The translations under genes were made by a program, and so were the position numbers. Positions 18,990 to 29,340 of a stretch of DNA of 49,919 nt are shown here, one piece after another; positions within the stretch are counted from its first letter, which is position 1; each line of letters begins with the position of its first letter. The stretch comes from an uncultured cyanobacterium. GTDB lineage: Bacteria; Cyanobacteriota; Cyanobacteriia; Cyanobacteriales; Microcystaceae. Where the stretch lies: NCBI GenBank assembly GCA_963807635.1, contig CAWEDJ010000026.1, positions 1 through 49,919 on the forward strand, in the 5' to 3' direction. Under the pieces are notes generated by a model. That model saw only the letters and a list, made by a program, of their open reading frames with translations. It did not search any database and was not told where the DNA came from.

Positions 18990-21176
18990 ATGAATGAATT
19001 ACAAATGTGTGAACAGGCAAAAGTATATTTAGAACAAGGTAATTATGAGCAATCAGTTGAGCTTCTAGAACAGTGTATTGAAGCTAATGAAGAAAATGTA
19101 AATTATTATTGGTATTTGGGTTTAGTTTATTTGCTACAAGGGCAAGAAGAAAATGCCCAAACTACTTGGTTATTGGTGATGAGTCAAGGGAATGAAGAAG
19201 ACGTGGTACAATGGACTCAGGAATTATTGACAATTTTAGAAACAGAAGCCCAGCGACAAGAGCAAATAGAAAATCTAAAATTAAGTTGGTTGATTCGGGG
19301 TCATATTCGAGAAATAGAGCCAAGCTTAATTAATAATTTATTACACCTCATTGATTTAGAAATAAATTTGCAATATTATGAGCCTGAGCATTTAGAAACT
19401 TGGCAAATTGTTCATTATCTAAACGATAGTTTGATTGAAAAAATTGATTTAGAACTATTATTTAAGATAGTACCTAGTATTTTGAATTTTTCTGCTTTTG
19501 TCAGCATCGATTTCCTTAATGCTTCTTTACAATATATTACTCATCATCAAATTTTTATTGAAATGCTAACATCAAAGGCTATTGAAATGGCTTATGATCG
19601 CCACGAACCATTCTATGCTGTTGATTTAACGAAGGTTGCTTTAACGCTACAACCCAATGATTTTTTGTTAATGAATTGTCTTATTCAATTTAGTTCTCTT
19701 ACTAAAGATTATGCCCAGATATTGCAATCATCACAAGATATTTTAAACCAAGCTGAAAGTCCTGAACTTAAGGCTTTTGGGTATCATAAAGTTATAGAAG
19801 CTCTGATTAGCCGTGGTGAGTGGTTAAAGGCTCAAGAAATTATGCCAGACTATGTTAAATCTTTACAAACAATGATTGCATTAAGTCCAAAATCAATCAA
19901 TACAATAATCCAGAGTTGTGTCCATAGTTTTGCTGGATCTTTAATATACTTACAGGATAATCCTTCAAATTATCGCCAAATTCAAAATCAACTATCCCAT
20001 CTTTCTCAAAATTATTTATCTAGTTTGTTTATTGCTTCCGATGTTAGAACTGAGGTGAATCATTCCTACCCTAGAATTTTAAAAATTGGCTATATTGCGC
20101 ATACCCTAAGACGACATTCTGTTGGCTGGCTCAGTCGTTGGTTGCTTCACTACTATAATCGAGAACAATTTCAAGTTTATCTTTATTTAATTAACCAACA
20201 AGAAGATGACATTACTCAAATGTGGTTTCGAGACAAGGTAGATTTTATTTATAATTTTCCTTTCGATATCCAAAAGATTATTAATCAAATTCGACAAAAT
20301 GAGATTGACATATTAGTAGATTTAGATAGTTTTTCTCATGCTATAACTTATCAAGTTTTAGCTTTTAAGCCTGCTCCCATTCAAATAACCTGGTTAGGGT
20401 TTGATGCGTCAGGTTTACCCGCCATTGATTATTTTATAGCTGATCCCTACGTTCTACCAGATAATGCCCAAGACTACTATAAAGAAACTATTTGGCGTTT
20501 ACCACAAACCTATCTAGCTGTTGATGGTTTTGAAGTTGCTGTTCCTACTCTAACACGAGACGACCTCGGCATTGCTAAGGATGAAATTATATATCTGACT
20601 GTACAAGCAGGACACAAGCGTCATCCCGATATAATTTGTTTACAAATGCAGATCCTTCAGGCTGTTCCTAATAGTTATTTATTGATCAAAGGAGAAGGAG
20701 ATCAACAGATTATTCAGCAGTTATTCAAAACCATTGCGGAAGAATATCAAATTAGTTTAGATAGATTGCGTTTTTTAGAAAGAACCCCTTCAGAAGAAAT
20801 TCATCGTGCTAATTTGAGCCTTGCTGATGTGGTCTTAGATACCTATCCCTATAATGGAGCTACAACTACTTTAGAAACGTTATGGATGGGAATCCCCCTA
20901 GTGACTAAAGTTGGAAAACAGTTTGCGGCCCGTAATAGTTACACTTTTATGACTAATGCGGGTTTAACAGAAGGAATTGCTTGGACTGATGAGGAATATG
21001 TTGATTGGGGTATTCGTTTAGGAACAGACGAACAATTACGTCAACAAATTAGTTGGAAGTTGCAACAATCAAAAAAAACTGCTCCCTTATGGAATGCTAA
21101 ACAGTTTACAAAAGAAATGGAAAAAGCTTATCAACAAATGTGGCTCAAATACCTTAATGCTTTTTTTGAAAAATAG
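18990..21176 (+). CDS. TPR + GT41 (SPINDLY/O-GlcNAc transferase-like) protein glycosyltransferase
   Basis: N-terminal TPR; LKIGY...HSVG, DILVDLD, APIQITWLG, DYFIAD and LDTYPYNGATTTLETLWMGIP motifs. Confidence 0.93.
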   Translation: MNELQMCEQAKVYLEQGNYEQSVELLEQCIEANEENVNYYWYLGLVYLLQGQEENAQTTWLLVMSQGNEEDVVQWTQELLTILETEAQRQEQIENLKLSWLIRGHIREIEPSLINNLLHLIDLEINLQYYEPEHLETWQIVHYLNDSLIEKIDLELLFKIVPSILNFSAFVSIDFLNASLQYITHHQIFIEMLTSKAIEMAYDRHEPFYAVDLTKVALTLQPNDFLLMNCLIQFSSLTKDYAQILQSSQDILNQAESPELKAFGYHKVIEALISRGEWLKAQEIMPDYVKSLQTMIALSPKSINTIIQSCVHSFAGSLIYLQDNPSNYRQIQNQLSHLSQNYLSSLFIASDVRTEVNHSYPRILKIGYIAHTLRRHSVGWLSRWLLHYYNREQFQVYLYLINQQEDDITQMWFRDKVDFIYNFPFDIQKIINQIRQNEIDILVDLDSFSHAITYQVLAFKPAPIQITWLGFDASGLPAIDYFIADPYVLPDNAQDYYKETIWRLPQTYLAVDGFEVAVPTLTRDDLGIAKDEIIYLTVQAGHKRHPDIICLQMQILQAVPNSYLLIKGEGDQQIIQQLFKTIAEEYQISLDRLRFLERTPSEEIHRANLSLADVVLDTYPYNGATTTLETLWMGIPLVTKVGKQFAARNSYTFMTNAGLTEGIAWTDEEYVDWGIRLGTDEQLRQQISWKLQQSKKTAPLWNAKQFTKEMEKAYQQMWLKYLNAFFEK

Positions 21177-21272
21177 AAAATTCTTTTTTCAATAATTTCC
21201 ATGAGCAAGCATTGTATAGACATAAAACTAAGTTTATTTATTCTAATGAATTGAATTAAGGAAATTCCCTAA

Positions 21273-23474
21273 ATGTCCATTTTACCAGAAAGTTTAAACC
21301 CCATATTTAATCAAGCAAAGAATTGTTTAAATCAAGGTGATTATCACCAAGCAATTGAGCTTCTAGAGCGTTGTATAGAAAATGATTCAGAGGATGTTAA
21401 TTACTATTGGTATCTCGGTTTAGTTTATCTATTACAAGAGAAGGAAGAAGAAGCACAAACTACTTGGTTATTGATAATGAATCAAGGCGATAAAAATGAA
21501 ATTGATCAATGGATAAAAGAGCTAATCACAATTTTAGAAAAAGCAGCACAATATCAAGAGGAAATTGAAAATCTTAATCTTAGTTGGTTAATTCGAGGTC
21601 ATATTCGAGAGATAGAGCCAAGTTTAATTAATAATTTGCTACATCTTATTGATTTAGAAATACAACTACAATATTACGTCCCTCAACATTTAGAAGATTG
21701 GAAACTTATTGATTATTTAAAAAATAATTCGATTGAGGTCTCAGATTCAGAATTGTTTCTCAAAATAATCCCTAATATTTTAGAGTTTCCTGTTTCCATT
21801 AATATCGATGTAATTTATGCTTGCTTAAAATATATTACTGATATTGATACCTTAATTGCGATTCTAAAATCGACGGCAATCAAAATGGCTTATGATCATT
21901 ATCGTTCCTCCTATGCAGTTGAACTGATAAGAATCTGTTTAGAATTAAAACCTTATAATATCGAACTTCTTGATCGGCTCTATTGGTTTGCTGTAATGGC
22001 TCAAGACTACTCTAAAATGTTGGTATCAGCAGAGCAATTTTTGAACCAATCTGAAACTTCTGACTTGAAGGCTTTTGGTTACTATAAAGTTATAAACGCA
22101 ATGATTGTTAATGGTTTATGGTTAAAAGCTCAAAAGATTTTACCGATTTATATTGCCTCTTTACACAAAATGATTGCTTCAAGACCAAAATTAATTAATC
22201 CAATCATGGAAGGTTCTTTATATAATTTAGTAGCCCCTCTGCTCTATCTAGAAGATAATCCTTTAAACTATCGTCAATTACAGAACAAGTTTTCTACTCG
22301 CTTTCAAGAAAATTTACCTAATTGGCTACCTTGTTTTTATGGTAAAGCCATTTCTAATATTAACTTCCCTAGAACTCTAAAAATTGGTTATATTGCTCAT
22401 ACCCTAAGACGGCATTCCGTTGGTTGGTTAAGTCGTTGGCTCCTTCACTATCATAACCACGAACTATTTCAAACTTATCTTTACTTGATTGATCAGCTAG
22501 AAGATGACGTTACCCAAATTTGGTTTCGAGAGAAGGCAGACTTTGTTTACAATTTCTCTCCTACCCCTCAGAAAATTGCCGAGCAAATTCAGCAAGATGG
22601 AATTGATATATTGGTAGATTTAGATAGTGTCTCTAATGCCGTAACTTGCCAAATATTAGCACTTAAAGCTGCTCCCATTCAAATAACCTGGTTAGGGTTA
22701 GATGCAACTGGTTTACCTGCTATTGATTATTTTATTGCTGATCCTTATTCCTTACCTGATGATGCCCAAGAATATTACCAAGAAACTATTTGGCGTTTAC
22801 CTAATGCCTATTTAGCTGTTAATGGTTTTGAAGTTGCTGTAGCGACTTTAAAACGAGAGAATTTAGGTATTAATAATGATGCTGTTATTTATCTGAGTTC
22901 CCAAGTTGGAGAAAAACGCCATCCTGATATTATTAATTTACAAATGCAGATTCTTCGAGAAGTTCCTAATAGTTATTTATTAGTTAAAGGAAGAGGTAAT
23001 CAAACAGCTATCCAGCAATTATTCTTAGAAATTGCAGAGAAACATGAAATTGCATTGAATAGATTGCATTTTTTAGAAAAGTCTCCCTCTGAGGAAGTTC
23101 ATCGTGCTAATTTAAGTATTGCCGACGTGATCTTAGATACCTATCCCTATAATGGAGCAACAAACACCTTAGAAGCCCTATGGATGGGAATACCATTAGT
23201 AACCAAAGTTGGGCAACAATTTGTGGCGCGTAATAGTTATACTTTTATGATTAATGCTGGATTAACGGAGGGTATTGCCTGAACCGACGAGGAATATGTT
23301 GATTGGGGCATTCGTTTAGGCCGTGATGAACAACTACGTCAACAAATTAGTTGGAAGTTGCGACAATCGAAAAAAACTTCACCCTTATGGAATGCGAAAC
23401 AATTCACCAAAGAAATGGAAAAGGCTTATCAACAGATGTGGATAAAATATCTTGATACTCATCTATCAGAGTAA
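21273..23474 (+). CDS. Second TPR + GT41 glycosyltransferase, interrupted by an in-frame TGA at 23280-23282
   Basis: Paralog of 18990; after the TGA (Trp in the paralog) the frame continues 63 aa (TDEEYVDWGIRLG...) to TAA at 23474. Confidence 0.9.
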
Positions 23475-23527
23475 AACGATTAATAAGTTCTGCTTAATTT
23501 AATTTTGTCAATACTATTAGGTTATCT

Positions 23528-24895
23528 ATGAATCAATCAACTCCCAATAAAGAAGAACTCAATGAAAAAATTCGTCAACAGTACGACTTTCTTCCTTATC
23601 CTGAATCAGAAATCGAACTTTTCCCTGCAAATTCAGAACAACTATTTGTCCATAGTCTAGCAACTCCTCATTATCTACGGTATCGAAAAGTTCTTAATAC
23701 CAAAGATAAAATCATTTTAGATGCGGGCTGTGGTAGTGGACTACAAGCTTTAGTTTTAGCCTTGGCTAACCCAGGTGCGAAAATCATTGGCGTTGATCTA
23801 TCAGAAAAATCGATCGAAGTAGCACGTCAACGCTTTGCTTATCACAACATTAGTAATGCTGAATTTCATGCTTTATCCCTTGATGATATTCAATCATTAG
23901 GATACCAATTTGATTACATTAATTGTGACGAGGTTCTTTATCTCCTGCCCAATCCAGGAGAAATGTTACAAAAACTTCAATCCGTTCTCACACCAGAAGG
24001 TATTATTCGAGCCAATCTTCATAGTTATTATCAACGCATTGAGTATTATAGAACCCAAGAGGCTTTGAAGTTTTTAGGAATGTTTGAAGAAGAATCAGTA
24101 GAAGTCTCCCTTGAAACAGTGAAAGAGACTATTGATAGCTTAAACAATAATATTAGGATGAAAATTTTCTATCGAGATTTTGAAAATGCTAAGCTTCAAT
24201 CTTCTAATCCTGAATCTAAAGCTAAGCAACTAGATGGATGGCTCATGACAAATTATCTTTTGCGAGGAGATAAAGGCTATACAATTCCTGAACTTTTTGA
24301 TTTTCTAGATTTAACTAACTTAGATTTTCTGAGTATGGTTAATTGGCGACATTGGGACATAACCGAAATTTTTCAAAATCCCGATAATCTACCTCTTTTT
24401 TGGCAATTTGGTTTGGAATCTGCAACTGAGGCTGACAAGCTGCATTTATTTGAGCTATTCCAACCTATTCATCGTTTAATGGATTTTTGGTGTGTTCAGA
24501 AAAATGAGCAGCCGTGTTCCTCTTCTCCTGTTACTTGGAATCAAAATGAATGGCTAAATTGTTTGGTTTATTTACACCCAATTCTACAAATAGACCAGGT
24601 TAAAGAAGATGTTTTGATAGCTATTTCTCAGCATCAGGAGTTCGAGTTCAGTAAATACATTAAATTACCAACCTTAAAACCTGTCACGGTAGATAGCACT
24701 TTAGTCGCTTGTTTATTACCTCTGTGGGATTCCCCTCAACCCTTTGTGCAATTGGTCACTCGTTGGCTAACGATTCAATCGTTATCTCCCGATACTTTAG
24801 AACTTAAAACAGAAGAGCAAGCCTTTTTAGAAGTTAGTGAATTGCTAACAAAACTGGAAACCTTCACTTATATTTTGCTAGAGCAGATATCGTAA
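23528..24895 (+). CDS. Class I SAM-dependent methyltransferase with long C-terminal extension
   Basis: ILDAGCGSG, GVDLS and FDYINC..VL motifs. Confidence 0.88.
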   Translation: MNQSTPNKEELNEKIRQQYDFLPYPESEIELFPANSEQLFVHSLATPHYLRYRKVLNTKDKIILDAGCGSGLQALVLALANPGAKIIGVDLSEKSIEVARQRFAYHNISNAEFHALSLDDIQSLGYQFDYINCDEVLYLLPNPGEMLQKLQSVLTPEGIIRANLHSYYQRIEYYRTQEALKFLGMFEEESVEVSLETVKETIDSLNNNIRMKIFYRDFENAKLQSSNPESKAKQLDGWLMTNYLLRGDKGYTIPELFDFLDLTNLDFLSMVNWRHWDITEIFQNPDNLPLFWQFGLESATEADKLHLFELFQPIHRLMDFWCVQKNEQPCSSSPVTWNQNEWLNCLVYLHPILQIDQVKEDVLIAISQHQEFEFSKYIKLPTLKPVTVDSTLVACLLPLWDSPQPFVQLVTRWLTIQSLSPDTLELKTEEQAFLEVSELLTKLETFTYILLEQIS

Positions 24896-24944
24896 AGTTG
24901 AAATTCAAACAAATTTTGGCATTGCTAATTTTAGGCATATTTTT

Positions 24945-25030
24945 GCCCTCTTAACCTTTCGACAAGCCCACGACAAGCTTTTGGGGGAAAACTGATTGAA
25001 ATTTCTCCCACATTGGGGGATTGAGGGGGC
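24945..25030. repeat. Composite palindromic intergenic element between convergent genes
   Basis: Outer GCCCTCTTAA / TTGAGGGGGC arms, inner GGGGGAAA / TTTCTCCCC arms, and CGACAAGC twice. Confidence 0.5.
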
Positions 25031-25085
25031 AATAAAAATTGTTATTATAGCGAAGTCATTGTCCGATTAAGCAATATCCAATATT

Positions 25086-25856
25086 TTAATCTTTTTCGGG
25101 AAAGGTAATCGCTAATTTTCCATTAGCAGTGATATTAGCTTTTCCGCCTAATGAAATAATTTCTTTGATAGCTCTTTGTTTCGTTTCTTCTGTTAAAGCA
25201 TTTTCTAAAATACTCATCCAAGCGGCAACCTGTGCTTTTTTACTATTAGGATTTTTTGCTAAAAAAGCAGCAGTTTCAGCATTACGTTTTGCGACTGATT
25301 TAGCATCCTTCCCTCCTGCCTCTAATGCCCATTTGGCAGCCATTTCATAGGAATGATGGGATGCTTTAATATCTCCGAGAAATAACATTTCATCGACTCC
25401 TTTATATGTCCAGACATAGGGAGCAAGGGGGCTGAGTTGAGGTGTGATGGTTTTTAGAGCTTGGTTTAATAATTTAACCGTTGTTTGAGGACTGAGTGCG
25501 TAGAGAGAATTGGCACTAGACAACATCAGCATTGCTTGGGTAAAACGAGGGTCATTGTTAACAAGAATTTGAAAAAATTGGGGGATTAACCCATAATCTG
25601 TTTCTTTACGAGCAGGTGTATCGCCAAAGTATTGAATAAATTTTAATAAAGTCCAGTCTGCCAAAAGGTTGTCAAAACCCAGGGTTGGTATTCTGCTCTG
25701 TACATCTAAAAAAACCTGATCAGATTTTGCTTCTGATTTATACAGTTCTGATGGAGTCTGTGCGTTTTGATGTAGAGATTTTTCTTGTAAAAAAACTATC
25801 CCTGCTAGAGGTAGGCCTAATCCGAACAACGTCGCTATGATGTGGATAATTTTCAT
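25086..25856 (-). CDS. Pilin-locus accessory membrane-anchored helical protein (Sll1696-like)
   Basis: One N-terminal TM, GFDNLLADW..L.FIQYFG motif; lies directly downstream of the pilins. Confidence 0.65.
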   Translation of the reverse strand: MKIIHIIATLFGLGLPLAGIVFLQEKSLHQNAQTPSELYKSEAKSDQVFLDVQSRIPTLGFDNLLADWTLLKFIQYFGDTPARKETDYGLIPQFFQILVNNDPRFTQAMLMLSSANSLYALSPQTTVKLLNQALKTITPQLSPLAPYVWTYKGVDEMLFLGDIKASHHSYEMAAKWALEAGGKDAKSVAKRNAETAAFLAKNPNSKKAQVAAWMSILENALTEETKQRAIKEIISLGGKANITANGKLAITFPEKD

Positions 25857-25946
25857 AAATTGATGAAAGCGTCCAAATAATAAAGCTGTTTTAGCGAAAA
25901 TTTCGCATTTTCTTTATGAATATCATATAGAGAATTGATAAAATAT

Positions 25947-26483
25947 TTATTGAATCTTAATACCATTCTCGGTACAATCATCGGCGGCTAGATCACCAAC
26001 ATTAACAGAACCTCCGACTTGAGCCGCTCGACAAGTTGCTCGTTCGTACGCACCACCATCAAAATAAACCCCTATTGCATAATTCCTGGTTTGATCCTGT
26101 CCAGAATTTTTGGCAGTAGCTTGATGTTTGACCTTCGTTGCATCTATGTCACCTGGAGCAGGATCGAGAAAATTGTAGTAATTAGAGGTGATAATACCAT
26201 CACTCAAGTTAAGGGTATTTATCGTGGGAGCAAATTGAGTTTTTTCATAATGGTAGGCTTGCTGGGAACGAGCCATTGCTCCCAATTTCATTTGTAACTC
26301 TGCTTCTCTAGACTTTCCAATCTGACCATAAAAAGTGGGGATGGCAACAGCAGATAATACTGAAAGAATGAGCATGACAACCATCAATTCTAACAAGGTA
26401 AAGCCATCTTTTTCCTTTTTAGCATACGATTTAAGAAAAAAGGTGATATGTTGATTAGCTTTTTCACCTGTTGAGATTAGCAT
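25947..26483 (-). CDS. pilA2: Type IV pilin-like protein (PilA2-like)
   Basis: G|FTLLE prepilin site, hydrophobic helix, RSQQAYHYE motif, C-terminal Cys pair. Confidence 0.85.
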   Translation of the reverse strand: MLISTGEKANQHITFFLKSYAKKEKDGFTLLELMVVMLILSVLSAVAIPTFYGQIGKSREAELQMKLGAMARSQQAYHYEKTQFAPTINTLNLSDGIITSNYYNFLDPAPGDIDATKVKHQATAKNSGQDQTRNYAIGVYFDGGAYERATCRAAQVGGSVNVGDLAADDCTENGIKIQ

Positions 26484-26895
26484 ATGGAAGTCATCTCATT
26501 ATAAGGATATAGCAAACCCCTTCTCAAGGAACTTTACTTTTTATTTAGGCTGAATGAATTTGAATTATTCTCTTTTCCAAGTTAGGTGATACACTTGTTT
26601 AGATTGAACATACTGCTTTTTTTGTCAAGTACCTCCTCCTCAAAACAGTAATTCCAAATTCAAAATTTGATAGTTCTCAAAGCCTTACACAAAGAGGATT
26701 TTACAATTCTTGATAATTTGCTTGATCGCTGAAACGACGCAAAATTTTTCTGAATTTATTTTTGCTGTCCTCAAACAGCTAGTCCGACGTACTAAAAAAG
26801 TTCGATAGATAGCTGGGTATATATAGGATAAAGTAAGTTCATTGTATTTTTTATTCAATGAAAAGCAAAAGAGGTTGCAGACTATACAGAAAATA

Positions 26896-26941
26896 TTTCC
26901 CCACAGAACTCAGTTTTTTGAACAAGGTAACTGTGGGGAAA
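26896..26941 (-). terminator. 11-bp inverted repeat downstream of pilA1
   Basis: TTTCCCCACAG-N24-CTGTGGGGAAA followed by T-rich sequence on the minus strand. Confidence 0.6.
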
Positions 26942-26965
26942 CAAATACAAATTATGTCAATAAAA

Positions 26966-27538
26966 CTATTTAACAGCTGTCATGTTAGCTGGGCAGGCAG
27001 CAGCAGTAATATTAGCACTAGTTGGAGCCGTACCCGCTACCGTACCACCTGTGTCGGCTTGGCAGATAACTTGGTTGTACTGACCCGCTGTAGAGATAAA
27101 GTTAATGCCACCCGTGTAGTCGCGCGTACCTTGGGCTTTACCGTTATCTACGGTTGTAGATCCATTTGGCACTCCTAGAGCCGTTGATGTTGACAGAGTA
27201 ACACCTGTAGGAGCATTAACAGCAAAGACATAGTATTTACTGTTTGGAATGATTACACCAAGAACATTATTCGCTTGCAGGTCGGTATTGGCGAGGGCAC
27301 CTGTAAAGGCAGCCTTCTCAAAGTGATAGGATTGCTGAGAGCGGTTAATGGTTCCTACACCGTTTTTGGCTTCAGTTTCTCTGGCTTTACCCACTTGTCC
27401 CAAGAGGTTAGGTAGAGCGACGGCAGCCAATACACCGATGATGATAACAACAACTAATAATTCAATTAAGGTGAAACCTTCACCTTCTTTTTTAGCTTTG
27501 AGGTGAGAAAGCAATTTGAACTTAAAGTTACTATTCAT
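26966..27538 (-). CDS. pilA1: Major type IV pilin
   Basis: G|FTLIELLVVVIIIGVLAAVALP, INRSQQSYHFE, C-terminal Cys pair. Confidence 0.92.
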   Translation of the reverse strand: MNSNFKFKLLSHLKAKKEGEGFTLIELLVVVIIIGVLAAVALPNLLGQVGKARETEAKNGVGTINRSQQSYHFEKAAFTGALANTDLQANNVLGVIIPNSKYYVFAVNAPTGVTLSTSTALGVPNGSTTVDNGKAQGTRDYTGGINFISTAGQYNQVICQADTGGTVAGTAPTSANITAAACPANMTAVK

Positions 27539-27600
27539 AATAATCTTCTTCCTTTAATAATTTGGGGTGGGGCGGGCTTTTTTAACCCTTCTATTCGTAA

Positions 27601-27626
27601 CTTACCCAAACCCCATCATTTTCCTA
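27601..27626 (-). promoter_or_regulatory. Candidate SigF-type promoter of pilA1
   Basis: Minus strand TAGGA-N14-GGGTAAG about 63 nt upstream of the start, resembling the recalled Synechocystis pilA1 SigF elements. Confidence 0.5.
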
Positions 27627-27767
27627 TCACCCCTCTCCCAAATATTTTCTAAAATCTCATAAACCCTTGCTGGATAAGCGAATTTCTCGTTTTTTGTTTA
27701 TAACAAAAATATTAAGATTCCTTAACAAACACAGAAAGTCGATTGATATGGCAAAAAATAAGCGGGT

Positions 27768-27870
27768 TAAACTGTCACGAATTTTAGATTGCATCATGAT
27801 TCGGTTGACAGTCTTGTAACAAAAGGCTTAAGCCCCTTGCCTGTAGGTGTTTTAGATAATTAACAGCTTA
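27768..27870 (+). mobile_element. Full 103-bp MITE-like element
   Basis: TAAACTGT...ACAGCTTA ends, internal GGCTTAAGCC palindrome; colinear with 40946-41048. Confidence 0.8.
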
Positions 27871-27941
27871 TGAACCGATTTCACAGCTTGTTTCCGCTCA
27901 CCCTTCGCTAGAATAAACATCATACTGCCGCAAAAAAAGCT

Positions 27942-28630
27942 ATGACCACCACCCTAGAGGAAGTTTGGGACTTATTTAAACAAGTTGCCCAGTCCCAACA
28001 AAAAACCGATCGCCTACTGCAAGAAACCGATCTCCAACTACAAGAGACTGACCGCTTAATGCGAGAACAATCCCAAGAAACAGACCGCCGCTTCCAAGAA
28101 ACCGACCGCCGCTTCCAAGAAACTGATCGCCGTTTCCAAGAAACCGATTGCCGCTTCCAAGCCAGTGTGACTGAAAATGAAAAAATCCTGCAAAGACTCA
28201 GTAAACAAATCGGCGATTTAGGCGGAACCTGGGGTCTCTTTGTGGAAAACCTCGTTGCCCCCGCTTGTGAAACTTTATTTCTAGAAAGAGGTATCCCTGT
28301 CCATCAGGTCAGCCAACGCATCAAAAAAAGAAAAGAAGGGGAAACTCTAGAGATTGATATTTTAGTCCTTAACCAAGATCATACCCTGGTCGTAGAAGTT
28401 AAAAGTCGCTTAAGTGTGGCAGATGTTCAAGAATTTATCGCAGACCTACAACGCTTCCGTGACTTTTTTCCTGAATATGCCCAAAACCAACTCTACGGAG
28501 CCGTAGCAGGCATCATCATCGATGAGGGGGCAGATCGTTATGCCTATCGTCAAGGTTTATTTGTGCTGCCCAATCGGGTGAAACGATTACACTCCTCAAT
28601 AATGACGAATTTCAGCCGAAAGCTTGGTAA
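27942..28630 (+). CDS. Coiled-coil + PD-(D/E)xK protein (DUF3782-like), frameshifted near 28568
   Basis: QETDRRF heptads, EIDIL...VEVKS; adding one G gives the C-terminus FVLAQSGETITLLNNDEFQPKAW*. Confidence 0.8.
28074..28157 (+). repeat. Four 21-bp in-frame tandem repeats
   Basis: CAAGAAACnGAyyGCCGyTTC four times, encoding QETDRRF. Confidence 0.9.
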
Positions 28631-28648
28631 ATCTCAAGCCTAACCCTA

Positions 28649-29222
28649 TTACAAAGATAACCAAGCAAACATTTCCATCACCGATAACCGCCAATCCTTC
28701 AGAGCTTCTAAGCTTGGCAGTAAATCTTCTTTTTCCTTCACCTCTGGCAACGTTTGGGGATAAAAGACCGTCACCGACTGATCATCAGGATCGATCAACC
28801 AGGCTAATTGACTTCCCTGTTTGAGAGAAAAGACAATTTTTTTGATCACCTTATTTACCGATTGTTCAGGAGAAAGAATTTCAATCAACCAATCAGGAGC
28901 AATTTCAAAACGATTCGCAATTTTTCCTGCTCTCGTTCGAGGAATATTCTCCCAAGCAAACACCGCAATGTCGGGGATGATCGCCATTCCCCCAAAAACA
29001 CAACACAATTTAGGAAACGCATAGACAATCTTAGCAGGATTGCCCGCTCGATTGATATGAGTTAACAACTCGCTCTGTAAAACACTATGTTCACCTTGAG
29101 GCATGGGTTTTTGAAAAATTTCTCCATCACTATATTCACTCTTCGGGTTTGGTATCGGGTTTTTCTAAAAATTCCGCTAGGGTTATCTGATTGGCAAAAG
29201 TTCTTTCAATACTGATAGTCAT
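28649..29222 (-). CDS. Uma2-family endonuclease, frameshifted near 29142
   Basis: MTISIERTF..ITLAEFLEKPDTKP upstream; SEYSDGEIFQKPMPQGEHS, PDIAV and APDWLIEILSP downstream. Confidence 0.85.
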
Positions 29223-29243
29223 CCTCTATCTTCCTGAATATAG

Positions 29244-29300
29244 ACAAAATCCAAACGCGAATAGGCTGATTGCAAATGTACGATAAGACGCGATCGGGCT
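29244..29300 (+). repeat. Left copy of a ~57-bp direct repeat flanking vapBC
   Basis: About 9 differences from 30114-30169 by eye. Confidence 0.8.
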
Positions 29301-29340
29301 AACGATGAGATACCATCTAAGACTATCTTCTTCTAAATTA

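Noticed and set aside
23280..23282. Selenocysteine or alternative genetic code at the in-frame TGA
   Set aside because: The paralog has Trp rather than Cys, and TGA is a normal stop in other genes here such as msrA.
26858..27178. Plus-strand ORFs antisense to the pilins (also 26019..26297)
   Set aside because: They overlap well-supported pilin genes and carry no recognisable motifs.
28074..28157. Possible CRISPR array
   Set aside because: Contiguous in-frame repeats with no spacers and no cas genes.
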